A DNA stretch of 63,879 nucleotides, filler included, from Sphaeroforma arctica JP610 (Eukaryota), in NCBI RefSeq assembly GCF_001186125.1. It is 5 parts of one record of this genome, joined end to end, with 100 filler letters (N's around TTAATTAATTAA, not from the genome) between each part and the next. Parts side by side here need not be neighbours in the genome. Positions count along the whole stretch, not along the records: positions 1 to 26,000 come from NW_014040546.1; 4 more parts are not named here. The stretch is one strand, 5' to 3'. This document shows positions 11,201 to 23,541 of the stretch, in pieces. How positions within the stretch are numbered: position 1 is the first letter of the stretch; every line of letters begins with the position of its first letter. The position numbers were made by a program, and so were the translations under genes. The notes beneath the pieces are model-generated. The model had not been told where the DNA came from. It was given only the letters and a program-made list of their open reading frames with translations, and did no database searches.

Positions 11201-14200
11201 CACAGAGACACCAATGACATGGTGAGCATGCTTTAGACCACCAATATGCAGACGCCTGTAGGACTTAATACCCGTACAAATAAAACTTGTTCAACGCTAA
11301 AATACCTTTGCCTAAATAGTACACCCATAAACACTGTTAGAAGTAACGAGTGCACACACTAATCAATATAGGTTAAATTTCTAGATAAGCGAGTACAGAA
11401 ACCACACCTGCACAGATGAAAAGAAACGCCAGCCAACTCATACCAGCTCCTTACAATCAGTACTAACAGGCGTCCAAAGCTCAACACCACAGTAAGCACT
11501 CGAGTACATCTCACAACTATATCCGCCGAAACACAGCTAGACACATCGACACAAACACACAACTAGGCACATCAACGCACACACCTGCGGCTCCTTGTCA
11601 GCCGATGCACGCAGACCCATAACACACGTGCGTAGGTACGGCGGTGCTTTGGGATCCTTCAGCGCTTCTGGGTCCGTTATGTACTCCTCCGTAGGTAAAT
11701 CGTACGGGAGTAGCCCGTCGTCATCGCTGTCACTCTCACTATCACTTCCGCTGTCGGTGTCAGTGTCAGTGTCACTCCCCGATTCCCCGCCTGCCTCAAA
11801 CAGAGGCTTGTCCAAGTCGTCTAGGTGTCTTTCATTTCTCCTGTGTCGAGGCTCTTCACTTTCGTGCACAATCTTCTCTTCCCCTTTCTTCCTATCTGCG
11901 TGCGTGTGTGTCTGTATCACCCTCTGGGAGTTCTGGGAGTTCTGTGAATCTCTTTCTAGTAGTTGTGTCTGTGACTGAGTCTGTGACTGAGTTTGTGAGT
12001 GCATTTGGTGTGTCTTGGAGTGCTCTGTGTGTTTTCCAGAACGATTTGTGTGCGGACTTGACAGTGTGCACGCGTACGTTTCCTCGCTCTCCTTAATATC
12101 GTATATCTGTGCTGCGTCCCATTGCGGCCACTCATCACCGCACGCAACAATCGCGAGAAGTTCGGTATCGTCTGAAGGGTGAATGTCGAATGCTAGGTCG
12201 TGTTGTGGTGTAAGCGTCTGCAAGCAAAAAAAAAGGCAAAAAAATGTCAAGACGTACGAAAGAAGGTACGATGAACGCTATTTTTCAAAATGAGACCAAG
12301 TATGGGTTAGTAGCAAGAAAGACTGCTGCTGTGGTTGTGATTTCTGGTCCACCTGTTTGGTCTTGAACGTAAACACAAGGTGTGTGCCGGCCTACTTGAC
12401 CATGCGTCTCCAGTGCCGAATGCTCATGTGTTTCGGATTGATTTGATGAGATAGAGTAGATAGCATCCGGCCTACTTGACCATGCGTCTCCAGTGCCGAA
12501 TGCTCATGTGTTTCGGATTGATTTGATGAGATAGAGTAGATAGCATCCCACTTAGAGGAATGGTAGGATCCATATCCACTATAGTACACTCCTTGTAGCC
12601 ATGCCGCACACATTGTAATGTCAAGTGTGTCCATAAATTAATGGAGGGATGTGCAAAGTTTTAGAATACTGGACGCTAGCTATGTCACCTGTGAGTGGGC
12701 AGCATTAGTGACGAATGGTGGTGCTGTGATAAGAAGAGTGAATATAACTTCACAGTAAAAGGGTGCAGGTAGATGCATAAGAATAATGTGAAGGCACGTC
12801 AGATGGGCCATACAGTAACAAGGTAGCGTCATGCCATGGTTATTCAAATTAACGCTCATCACATATGCGCTCGACAAGCTCAAGTAACGACACACGCACT
12901 TGGAAGAGAACCATCTCGTTCAAACTTCAGCTGTGTTCATTTATAGTAGACGAATAAGGACCAACTTCATTTCATTTGTGATGTAAAAGAAACCAACCGA
13001 TACATATACAACGTCATGGAGATACCCACCCACCCATACACCTTTGTCCAACTTAGACACCACACCTGCTGTATATGCATCGCCGCAGCCATGCCGAGCG
13101 AGCGCAGTTGTGTGATGGGAGTGTTGATATGGGCGTGGATAGCCCCCATGGTATTCGTGACTACGTCCAGTCTCTCGTCCTCGCTTAGCGGAAGAGTGGT
13201 CTTAAACTGAGCCATACAAGCTATGATAACCACCTGTAGCAAACAAAACGAGTTTCTCAATCGATTTGCGTGTGATTTTGCTCACCTTTCTGTGTGCATA
13301 TACTTTCACACACTCTGTGATTCCTGTAGAGCTCGATATAAACATTTCTTTGTGAATCTGGGTAGTGTCATCGTTGCATGTGAGCAGACACGTTGTGTAG
13401 TATATACGGTTGCATCGCAGATAACCTTACTTGTCAACAAAATTTTCAAGTGTCGGTAGAAACTCGGTAATATGATATTCAAATTTTGTTCCAAACTAGT
13501 CGATTCATGCATCCCGAGTATGAAATTAATCTACATACTACAAGGTATCGATATAAAACCACTGAATATACTACGGGAAGAACATACACTTAGTGATGAA
13601 CCCAATCAGCTATACACTATGAGAGGTTGTTAATCATGTCTATGATACGGCCGTAAAGAACCTATGTCAGGTGTTTGCAAGGACCGAGGAAGGCGTTCGC
13701 AAGAAGTAATGATACGTGTGCCTATGTGTTGCGCGAGTCATATGCACAATTTGTTCCGCACAATCGTTGTACTTGCGACATACCTGATGGGCCCTCAATA
13801 AATCGAGCAGTAGTGACATGCTTGATAAACAGGTGTCAGATGTCCAGTGTGGGCGTGTAACGATTCTGATGACTATCTAAGTATCAATCGATGCAGGCAT
13901 TGTTCGTGCACTGAGCATGTATAGCTACCCTGGTGCACTCATAAGCCGCATACTTGTGGCACAATCGCTTACCGTTTGATAGAAGTGTTGGGTGTACGGT
14001 GTGTGGCGCATGGACACCTCATCGCCCCACACAGCCACCAGATTCGTCAACATCGGCACCACCGCATGTGGCACATACGCGCCCAACAACCTCACAATGC
14101 CCACCGCCACGCTGGGTGTGTACACGTGTCTCAGCACACACGTATTTGTCAGCAGATACGCACACCTTGGCCGTGTGAGATCTCTGACTCGCCCGCTCAG

Positions 14201-16494
14201 CAGCCGTTCTAGTACCGCATATGTGTGTGCAGGGGTGTTGTACAGATTGCACATCCCCCTGGTATTACTAAGGATTCTATGCACGATCCTGTCCATGACC
14301 ATCTCGGGTATGCAGGCAACCAGCGCCTGCAACCCAAGTGTGTGCACATACGCCTCCCTCACTAACACATCGCACACGGTGTCGGTCTGAGCGGCACCTA
14401 TACACAGCGATGAGATAATTGCCCCTACTACTGAGCTGTCGTAGTGCACGCATGTACCTTGTGAGACGGCACCAACCGTATGCCTTTCCTGTGTACGTAT
14501 ATCATGTGCATGTATACCATTGGCGTTTGAAGGAGGTGTATATGTTTCTCTGTTGGTGTCATTCTCTGGCCGTGTACTGTCATTGCGCCCATGGGATTCC
14601 CCACCATCCACCCCACAAACACACTCTCGCTCCGCCCCACACACATCACTCACCAGCTCATGCATCAGTGCACGGGCATACTCATCATGTCTCAGTGGCA
14701 GTGGTGGCGCAACAACACCGTATGCGTTTGCCGCAATGTCTGGCAGAGATCGCAATGCAATGGCTATCGCCTGAGCGCTGGACGAGGGTTTACGGTTACG
14801 ATTATTCTGTGCATGTACAGACATGTGTTCACCTCCATTATTGTGTGTATCAGTATCGCCAGGCTGTTTTGCGTACACGCGTGTCGTAGATGTTACTTCT
14901 AAGTTTATGCGAGTGTGTCCCTCTGGTTTATGTGAGATATGACCTTGACTTTCCGATCGCCACATCGTACGTATACAGCCTGATGCGAACAGTTCCATCA
15001 ACACATCAACCACAGCACCTTGTACATCGACATCCCTTGTGTGTCTAAGCATAGCGCTGAGAGTGTTGAACACACACGTGGCCAGAGACACGTGCGTGCG
15101 GTGCAAAAAGAACGGATCGTACAGCCGCTTCTTTTCCGCCTGTGTGAAGCAAGCGAGCCAATCCACACCCACGCATGTGATAATAGCCTGTGGGGGTGGA
15201 GAGGGAAACGGTATGCCATTTTATAGAGAGAATAAGACATCAATATGTCAGTGAAAGTTGTCGCCCGTGAATTGTCAGATAGCCGCCCTCATCCGAAAAT
15301 AGTGTGAAGCAAACTATGAGACTACTCAAATCCTATGCGTGCATCCAATCTGTTGAAACGATCATGTGCGCTTGGTTTTCTGCATTTCAGCAACATAACT
15401 GAAGAGCCCACATATGGACTTGTTAAAAAGAAACTATCAACGCTAGAGGTTACAAAGAACAGACAGCCACACGATGCGATTGTCAACGTGTGGCGTAGCC
15501 CACAACTGGCGCCGTCCGCTTGGTGTATTCCGATAAGAGATTATCAGGAAACGGTCGTGTGCTAAAAACAGCTATCGAAGAACACACAACGCTGGATTAC
15601 TACCGATTGGATCTTTAAACTAAGTGCTATGATTTCACGGTGATCAAGCTATCCTCTTGTGATATAAACTGAACATGCGCAAATATAGTCTGATGTGCAA
15701 TTTGTAATATACAATAATGAATTGCGTATAGATCGTATTTACATTCAATCAAACACTTCGATGAAATTACTTCTTTATATGAGACTAGGATTCAGTACAA
15801 AACCAAGAGCACACGAGTGATATCTTGTAACTTTATATATGCTTTTAGCGATGTTCGATGGACTGCCAAGCTTAGAGTTTGTTGACAATAGTTCTGAAAC
15901 TAGGTCAAACTCGGATACTAACATTATGTACTGAATAAGCAGGCGATGGGACAAGGATTCGTAAACGATACATATTAAGACTCCGATGTTATATCTACTC
16001 ATCGGATGCAAAGTTCTAACACAAAATCACAGAGTAATCATATTCTTCACTTTCGTGTCGCTATGAACGCTATTGCACAGTATCCACACTGCACACTAAT
16101 TCAGTGTATTTAGATTGCGTACACAGGCACTTACCTGTACGAGTCGGCGGAACTGCGCTTGGCCAGGGTTGGTATACACAAGGGTATTGGACCATCGCAG
16201 GCGATCATCATCAGATAGATCACAAATCCACGAGGCTGCCTTAGACTGGCTTAACCCACTAAGGTCTACATCATCGTGAGATGTAGATACTTCTAATGGT
16301 GCTGTTTGAACACTCAAATCTTTCTGATGTGATTTTAACGGGATGTTCTTTTTCGATGATGTTGGTTTAATCAGTAGCAGAGTATCTGCCAGGATATACT
16401 TTACTTGTGATGCGCTTTCCGCTTTGTTTATTGAGCTCACGCACGCGTCGATGTGTGTTCGCAGAACACAGATAGTAGCTATAATTTCAGGCAT
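5243..16494 (-). CDS. TEL2: Telomere length regulation protein TEL2/TELO2 (TTT complex subunit), 11 exons, ~1131 aa
   Basis: Exons 16494-16135, 15187-13973, 13233-13066, 12217-11585, 10470-10344, 9823-9592, 8772-8633, 7298-7201, 6690-6619, 5986-5776, 5382-5243; phases are compatible and the total is 3396 nt. Motifs matching TELO2: DSDDDGLLPYDL...KAPPYLRTCVMGL; VREVCEDMLTILLHL; YLAEQFYTENYNLIQRFDVLKVLETAAVQLS; NKFAKVAHFSFYGL; LLNTLGTMMRCASNSPQAVAMATALIDFVFAVRFHTETAVRRS; EILEWLHSVAEAEAD. Confidence 0.9.
6735..6880. repeat. Intronic ~41-bp tandem repeat
   Basis: aaacttatgtacacactgctactaaacttgt...actaatatt repeated ~3 times. Confidence 0.75.
8282..8594. mobile_element. piggyBac-like MITE in a TEL2 intron
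   Basis: TTAA(8278-8281)|CCTTCCGGA...TCCGGAAGA|TTAA(8595-8598); subterminal inverted match aatggattttaaaat / attttgaaatccatt; AT-rich non-coding interior. Confidence 0.6.
10818..10990. repeat. 21-bp minisatellite (taacactagccattaatatca)
   Basis: About 8 copies visible directly. Confidence 0.9.
12387..12548. repeat. Exact 80-bp tandem duplication (intronic)
   Basis: ccggcctacttgaccatgcgtctcc...gtagatagcat at 12387 and 12467. Confidence 0.9.
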
Positions 16495-16966
16495 CTTGGC
16501 ACAGTGTATTACAATATTTGTAACCGGTTTAAAGATTGAACTACATATGACAGTACACAGTGTATACGACAACAATAATCATTGGAAGGTTCCAGCTATT
16601 GGTCAATCAGCGTGTCAGTACTTGTATACTATAGTGCATTTGTGGCTTTGGTCGACGTACATAGGCACATAAATACTCGCGCAAATGACTTCCGATACTG
16701 AAAGTTTTATACGCTAGGCAATGTACTCTCGGAAATGAATACACTATCACCCACACATGTAACTATATAGTAGATATGTGAAGACATGCAGTCAATCCTC
16801 CTGAATACACACGTAACTGTATAGAAATACAAGCATTTACATTGTTACATATTAAATGGTAGTAGGGTACTCTCGCAATATTTAGTGAGAAACCCAAGCT
16901 GATTACAGACTGTATTCCATTTTGTTGAAATTAACATTTGCTAGTGCTTTTGGGAAAGCAAAATCA

Positions 16967-17229
16967 CGCGCCAAAATACAAAATACAAAAAAAAAGATCA
17001 CACACATACATAAAACCCAGGGGCCAGACGGCCCCTGGCCCCTCCCTCCTGCTGCTGAGGCCTGAGGCCCTGAGTGCTTGATCCCTGGTGGGGCCCTGTG
17101 TATTTGACTGTAAATAAATATTTGATGATTTTATTTTTTTTCTATAAAAAATAAAAGTAGTATTATATTTAGAGGGGGTTTTTATACAATATTTATAAAA
17201 GTATTTTTATAATTTCCATTTTCCCGCCA
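16967..17229. promoter_or_regulatory. Two E2F-like sites upstream of TEL2
   Basis: CGCGCCAAAA at 16967-16976 and TTTTCCCGCCA at 17219-17229 match the TTTSSCGC consensus, 0.5-0.7 kb upstream of the TEL2 ATG. Confidence 0.35.
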
Positions 17230-19611
17230 ATAACATAAGCTGCTGACGAACCACAGTCGGCCCACAGGCCACAGTCACAGAGTCACAGTCTCACAGACCC
17301 ACAACCGCAGCATACAGGCGACAGCCGCAGAGACTAAATACACACCCACACTATCACAGTCACACAGCCGCTCACGGCTCACAGCCTCACAGTCACAGCG
17401 ACACAGCACCCACAACTTCACTATATATTCTGAAGTTTGGGGGTTTTTTTAAGAAAAACACATTTTTTTTATAATATAAGAACGTGTAAGGGTGCACATT
17501 TTTAATGTGATGTTATAAACGAATGGCTACGTGTGATATCTGCGAAAGACATATAGTGACTACACACGATAGTAACGAACTATTGCATGTATATCGTATG
17601 ATAGGCAAACTAAATAGAGCAAGGGTTATGGCTGTACTCGCACTATTTTGAACATCATGGATAGTGGATGTGTTATGCTGGTGTGAGAGTGGGTCGTGAT
17701 AAGTTGTACGCTTATGTTTCATACTTCTGGAGTCAACGCTGTAGTACATTACGTAGGCGCGACTGAAGAAACGTCATACGTACATGGAAAGACATCAGAA
17801 TCACATGCATGCGTTTAGTTTTGGAAGGGCAGGGGAAAATCACGGCAATAGATACTATATGACAAACAATATATGCGATAAGACAACACTCGACAGCATA
17901 CCTAGGAAGGTGCAGAACGTATATCTCAAACCTGATTCTCTAATCGTATATTAATTGCCGCTATAGGTATGAACGCTGAGACAATGCGTCTACGAGTGGT
18001 TAGTTATACGTAGAAATGCTGGTAGTAGTTGTGTGATAAAGTGTGTGCGTTGTTTGTGTTAATGACTATGAAAATGATGTGTGTTGAATCAAAAGTATTT
18101 AAGTATTCAATGAGAAACGTTGGTTCGAGGGTCAACTTTTTCATAGCATGATCAGTATTTTTCGTATTGGTGGTTCCATACACTGACGTCTTCTGTTTGT
18201 GTATGTTTTAGAGCAACGCCATACACATTGATGACTGCCTCTGCAGACTTGATGCAAAGTCCTGTTAACATATCTAATCTATTCATATTCAAGTATTCTG
18301 AAGTCCTTATTTCTGGATACACACGTGTGGTCATTAGTATACGAGGCTGAGACACTAATTAATCCTATGCTGAATACATAATTCTGTATGCGTGCTCATC
18401 CATTCCTGGTTACATATAATAGTCAACTGCCCGCGTGTGTTTGCTTAGAATTTTTTTTGTTCATGACATGTATCAGTTCTTTGCTAGAACCTTTTTTTCG
18501 TGTGTGCTCATACTTTCCAACATATTTGTTCAGCTAAATATAGCCGCATGTGTGATCATTAGAGATTTATATTGAACACCCAACAGCCACGAAAATGTGT
18601 CTCTATGTCCGAGAGATAAACTTTTGGTCGGTATTGATTCAGCGTTTAGTCCAATATGAACGTTTGTACATTTACTTGCAACAGATTTATATTTATATAC
18701 CGTATGTGCAACGTTGTTCGCTGACACTCAACGTGTATACGCCAGAACTTGGCTATACATATACTTAAAATTAGTTAATTCAATTACATGAGTTTTATGT
18801 GCATACTCGTGATGGTCAGTTTTATGCCATTTATGGCCATCACTCGGACTATATCCTTTCGTGTATATGCGCTTCCTTCTAATTCGAATATATTATTATG
18901 TACGATAGCATTCAGACGACATGCATCTATGTGGGTGTGGTGGTCACGTAGTTTCTAATCATTTGAATGTGATCATTCCAAACATAGTATAGTTATGCAA
19001 TAGCTACGAAAATGTCGGATGGCTGTCGGATGGCTATCTTATATATAAAAAATTATATTCATTACGGTATAGCTATACACATACATATCTAAATATACGC
19101 ACTTCATATCATATCTATATATGCGCAACTTTCTCGATTTACGTATTCTTAATTTTACGATAGCATTCGGGCGGCTCGTAACTCTGGCTGCGTACTTGGC
19201 CATGTGTTGTCTATTCAACAAAACACAGTTGCGATCATATGTGCTCATGTATGCAACGTATAGATGTACATTCACATATATTGTATATATATATTTGTCT
19301 GGATTGTCTTGCACATGTAGTGACAGTATGTCTCAACATTGATGTATAACTCATATTGTTAGACAAATTCTTACGGCAAGTACACGAATACATGCATGCA
19401 GCCGTACAGCATTTGTGCATCGAGTCCGAAAGAGTTGTATTTAAAGCCCAAATGAGAACTCAAAAGCTATCATATTCGACAGTGCTCCGCCTCTACTCGG
19501 GCATGTATATGTGTCCGTGTACCGTTATCCGTGCATCTTCTTTTCACATACTTCGTTTGAATTTGTTGATAGACTCATCACTTATATATATATATATATA
19601 TATATATATCA

Positions 19612-19676
<65 letters not shown>

Positions 19677-19903
19677 CATATATACACAAATATTATTTAT
19701 ATATCTATATATATATATATATATATATATAGTCCTGTTGTGATAAAATAGACTATATTGGTATATATCGACTTACACGTTGTGATTTATTACTTCAGCG
19801 GATACTACCATGCCTGGCGTGTATCAAATTCTTTATTCGTTTCTGCACATTTCATTTACAATAATTCATCCTGTGGTTTCTGCCAGGTACCATCTACAGT
19901 TTA

Positions 19904-21901
19904 GTGGAGATGGCCAATAATTCAGGACACAATGGTGTCGTACCTGGGTCTGTCAAATCTGAACCTGTCGAGACACAATTTATGCTCGGCGACAATGCCG
20001 TGAGCCACTATGTGTGCTGGTGGAAGGACTGCCTGCGCATATTCATGACTTCCGAGGATTTAGTAGGGCACGTACAGGGACATGCAGGGAAGTGGCCGTA
20101 TGTGTGCCACTGGCAAGAGTGCGATGCCAACTATGGGAATATGAGATCACTGGAAGCACACATCATCTTCCGACACACAAACAACACGCAGGCATTGCCG
20201 AGCGCTTTCCCAGCCGCATTCCCTCGCGCATATCCATGTCCGGAGTGTGATGGGATCTTCCCCAATCAGATTGCGCTCACCAAGCACGCGCAGTTGCACA
20301 AGCTGGTGAAGGTAGAGGTACAGCACCACGATCCTGTGGATATGTACTCACGACGCATGCCTGTTGTCAATGATAACACGCGTGAAGGCACGCGATACAC
20401 GACGAATTGGTTAGATCATTCGCTCGAGGGTGGAGAGGGATATTCTGACAGCGAGGATGAAGATGCGACGCGGACTAAGGCTACAGTGGTAAAGGAAGTG
20501 ACTTCGAATACGAGTAAGAAGTCACGGAGGAATGGTCAATACGCAGAAGTAGCGAGTATGAATGGAGCAGGTGCCAATGCACATCACAAAAAGTCTAAGA
20601 AATCTCATGAAGTGGTAGATAAAGATCATCAACCATCCACGAAGAGTGCTAGTAGTGCGATTACTAGTACGGGCACAAGTAAGAAGGTCCGCAGAGAGAA
20701 GGATCAGGCTGAGCATCAGCAAGTGGTACGTCACACTGCAGTGCACAAGTGCATAACGTGTTGGTCCGAATTCCCAAGTGAACAATATCTGAAGCTGCAC
20801 ATACGGGGAATGCACAAGAAGTCGGATAAGCTTTATCCCTGCACATACGAACATTGCACTATGGGCTTCAATCAGTCTTCGAAGCTAATACCCCATTTGG
20901 GTTTGCACGATGCGAAACTTATAGATGAGTTCGGAAAACGCATAGGAGCAGAGCAGAGCAGCACTAATGTGTCGAAGACTAACACTATCAGAAAACCGGC
21001 GAGGGAGGGTAGGACTAAACGTTCGAAAACAAGCACAGATAGCACGGCTATTGCGCGTAAGAGTAAGAAGGCGAAGGCTTTGCCACGAGAATACGACGGT
21101 TACGATTCAGATCCGCCGGAGTTATGTATGTGTGAAATTAAAGGGTGCTGCAAAACGTTTAAAACGGAAAAGGGTCTCCAGATCCATTACGGTATGGTGC
21201 ATGGAGGGATGCGCACTATTACTACACAGGGACACACACGTAAGAGTGTACGCACTACAAAGCCAGCCAAATCAACTCCACAATGCATTGAAGCGTATGA
21301 ACCACCGGGGAGTGAAGATAGATACCCCTCCGATATTCAGACGAATATACCCAGTCGGAGAGATAGGAAGATTGCTTTGGAGAAGCAAGCGCAAATAGGG
21401 CGTGAGGACGAGAGAGGGCAATTTAGTAAACATTTAGTCACCGCACCACGTGTAGGCAAGCAGCCGCAGGATAGCTCGAAGAAGGACGGTGGTAGGGAAC
21501 AGAGAGAAGTAAGCACATATGTAAACAAAATACCTGAACACATCTGCGAAGAATGTGGCGAGGCATTCTACAAGGACGACATCCTGCGAATGCACATGCG
21601 CATGCATCTAAAGGACACTAAGCTGTACGAGTGTCTGTACAAAGCTGACGGGTGCACCCACTCTTATGACACATCCAAGGAGCTCTTTCGACATCTCGCC
21701 ACACACTGCCCAGAGCAGATCATTGACATAAGTTCAGACAGTGACTCTTCTCCGCGCCTCATAGCCCGCACAACGCAGACTCCTGGTTCTAAGAAGTCTC
21801 GAAATAGTCAAAGAGCAATAGCAAGGAGGAAGGCAACAAGCTCTAGTGCGAACGACATAGCTTCTGCGGGCCAGCGAAGCTATCGAGGACGCAATCGTTG
21901 A
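19904..21901 (+). CDS. Multi-C2H2 zinc-finger protein (dispersed fingers; likely transcription factor)
   Basis: 665-aa ORF (first ATG 19910; acceptor-like ccag at 19886 suggests an upstream exon). About 8 fingers, e.g. CWWKDC..HVQGH, CHWQEC..HIIFRH, CPEC..HAQLH, CITC..HIRGMH, CTYEHC..HLGLH, CEIKGC..HYGMVH, CEEC..HMRMH, CLYKADGC..HLATH; basic low-complexity linkers. Confidence 0.9.
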   Translation: MEMANNSGHNGVVPGSVKSEPVETQFMLGDNAVSHYVCWWKDCLRIFMTSEDLVGHVQGHAGKWPYVCHWQECDANYGNMRSLEAHIIFRHTNNTQALPSAFPAAFPRAYPCPECDGIFPNQIALTKHAQLHKLVKVEVQHHDPVDMYSRRMPVVNDNTREGTRYTTNWLDHSLEGGEGYSDSEDEDATRTKATVVKEVTSNTSKKSRRNGQYAEVASMNGAGANAHHKKSKKSHEVVDKDHQPSTKSASSAITSTGTSKKVRREKDQAEHQQVVRHTAVHKCITCWSEFPSEQYLKLHIRGMHKKSDKLYPCTYEHCTMGFNQSSKLIPHLGLHDAKLIDEFGKRIGAEQSSTNVSKTNTIRKPAREGRTKRSKTSTDSTAIARKSKKAKALPREYDGYDSDPPELCMCEIKGCCKTFKTEKGLQIHYGMVHGGMRTITTQGHTRKSVRTTKPAKSTPQCIEAYEPPGSEDRYPSDIQTNIPSRRDRKIALEKQAQIGREDERGQFSKHLVTAPRVGKQPQDSSKKDGGREQREVSTYVNKIPEHICEECGEAFYKDDILRMHMRMHLKDTKLYECLYKADGCTHSYDTSKELFRHLATHCPEQIIDISSDSDSSPRLIARTTQTPGSKKSRNSQRAIARRKATSSSANDIASAGQRSYRGRNR

Positions 21902-23541
21902 GTGCATCAACACGTCGACGAAGGAGAGGTAGAAAGTGGAAGCGAATCGCGGGCTTCACGGTTCGAGGTTTTGCAGATGAAATACACTATACTCGAAACT
22001 TGAGCATGGCAGACGTCATAGAACGCAGCCGTTTATTTTGAGAAGTAGTCATGCCTAATTCATTTATAGTGGTAGAACTACCACCACAGAGTGGTCCTTT
22101 GTGATCTCAGCAGCGAAAATGACCTCTACATACCAACCGATACCATATGTCAGCAGGTAGTTGGCTCACATCTAAGGGCACTCAATTCAATGATGGTATA
22201 ATCGCGGAGTAGATATGGTGTATGTACATTTATTGTGAGACGTCTACTACTACTGGCAGTAACTACCTGGTACAAAAGTTCATTTGCACTGGGCCTGGGC
22301 CACCATACCTTGGCGATTCAACGGAACATTAACTACCATTGTCGCATGGGGTTGGCTCAAAAACTTGTTTCTCTCAGAGATATCCATTGAATGGTGTTGC
22401 GCATGCACACGTGAACCCACTGGTCGATAGATCGTCGTTGGATGTGGGCGAGCACTCTCCGTCGTCGAAACATTAATTAGCATCCGAAAGGCAAACTAGA
22501 ACTATGCAGCCCTACATACCTATTGTTTCAGCGAAGCATAAAAAATCATAAGGGCTGCTTAAACAGATTTCGATACCACAGGCACTGAGGTCGCAAACTC
22601 AGAAAATGCTGACTTAGATAGATGGAATCATACCAGATTTTGTATTTGTGACCTGTAGGGATAGTCCTATCCAGCATAGCTGGGCAAAAGCAGGTGTTCG
22701 TGCACAGACCTGGCTTACGCAATAGGTTTTCACAGTGGTGACCAACCAGGAAGAATAAGCAGGTACTTCAATTGGGTTGCTATCTTGATTGACAATTAGC
22801 GAGCACACACTGTCTGCTGATTTAGATACCCTCGACGCATACGTCAACAGAGCCAGGAATTTAGAGGTAGAAAGAAAGTATATCACTCTAACTTAGTGCA
22901 TTGCGAATATGGCAATTCGTCACCTGAAACACTATCACTACTTCAACATAAGGCTGGTAGGCGACTGGGCGCGCGGTGCGACACTACAGCGAGTAGGATA
23001 TAAATATCATATAAGTAGCCGTAGGGAACATTTCAGACAATAAATATTTGCAACTGTCCTTATACTCGAGTCGCGACTGTTCGACTTAGCGCCGCCTAAT
23101 TCATTTTATCGATTTTATCACTCTATATTTACTCTCTGAGTGAGTGAGAGAGTAGAGAGGGTCATAAAAAAATAACCAAAATAAACAACCCGTTAATTTT
23201 ATATACTGTATGTACATACTTTAGCGTATGAAGAAAAAAATGTGTTATATACAGTATATACGTTTATATATGAAACGTTAAATACCGTTGCTAAGGTGTT
23301 GAAGGTCAGAAGGTGAACAGCTGAACTATGCGGTATTGTTTCAAAAAAAAGAACAGTAAAAAGAATATTCTCCCGCGCACTTCTCGAGTTCTCGCTCTCA
23401 CTACTGAGAGAGAGCTTTTACAATAGCAGTATTCGCCAAAATCGGGTTTCAAATTCTCAACGTCTACATACATATCTAGACCGATGCATAGAAGGACTAA
23501 AGTAAAGTACATCCAGAGAAGTAGTACCACTATGTACAAAC

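Noticed and set aside
21902..22003. Open frame continuing 33 codons after the zinc-finger TGA (readthrough/Sec?)
   Set aside because: Length is compatible with chance; no readthrough context or SECIS recognised.
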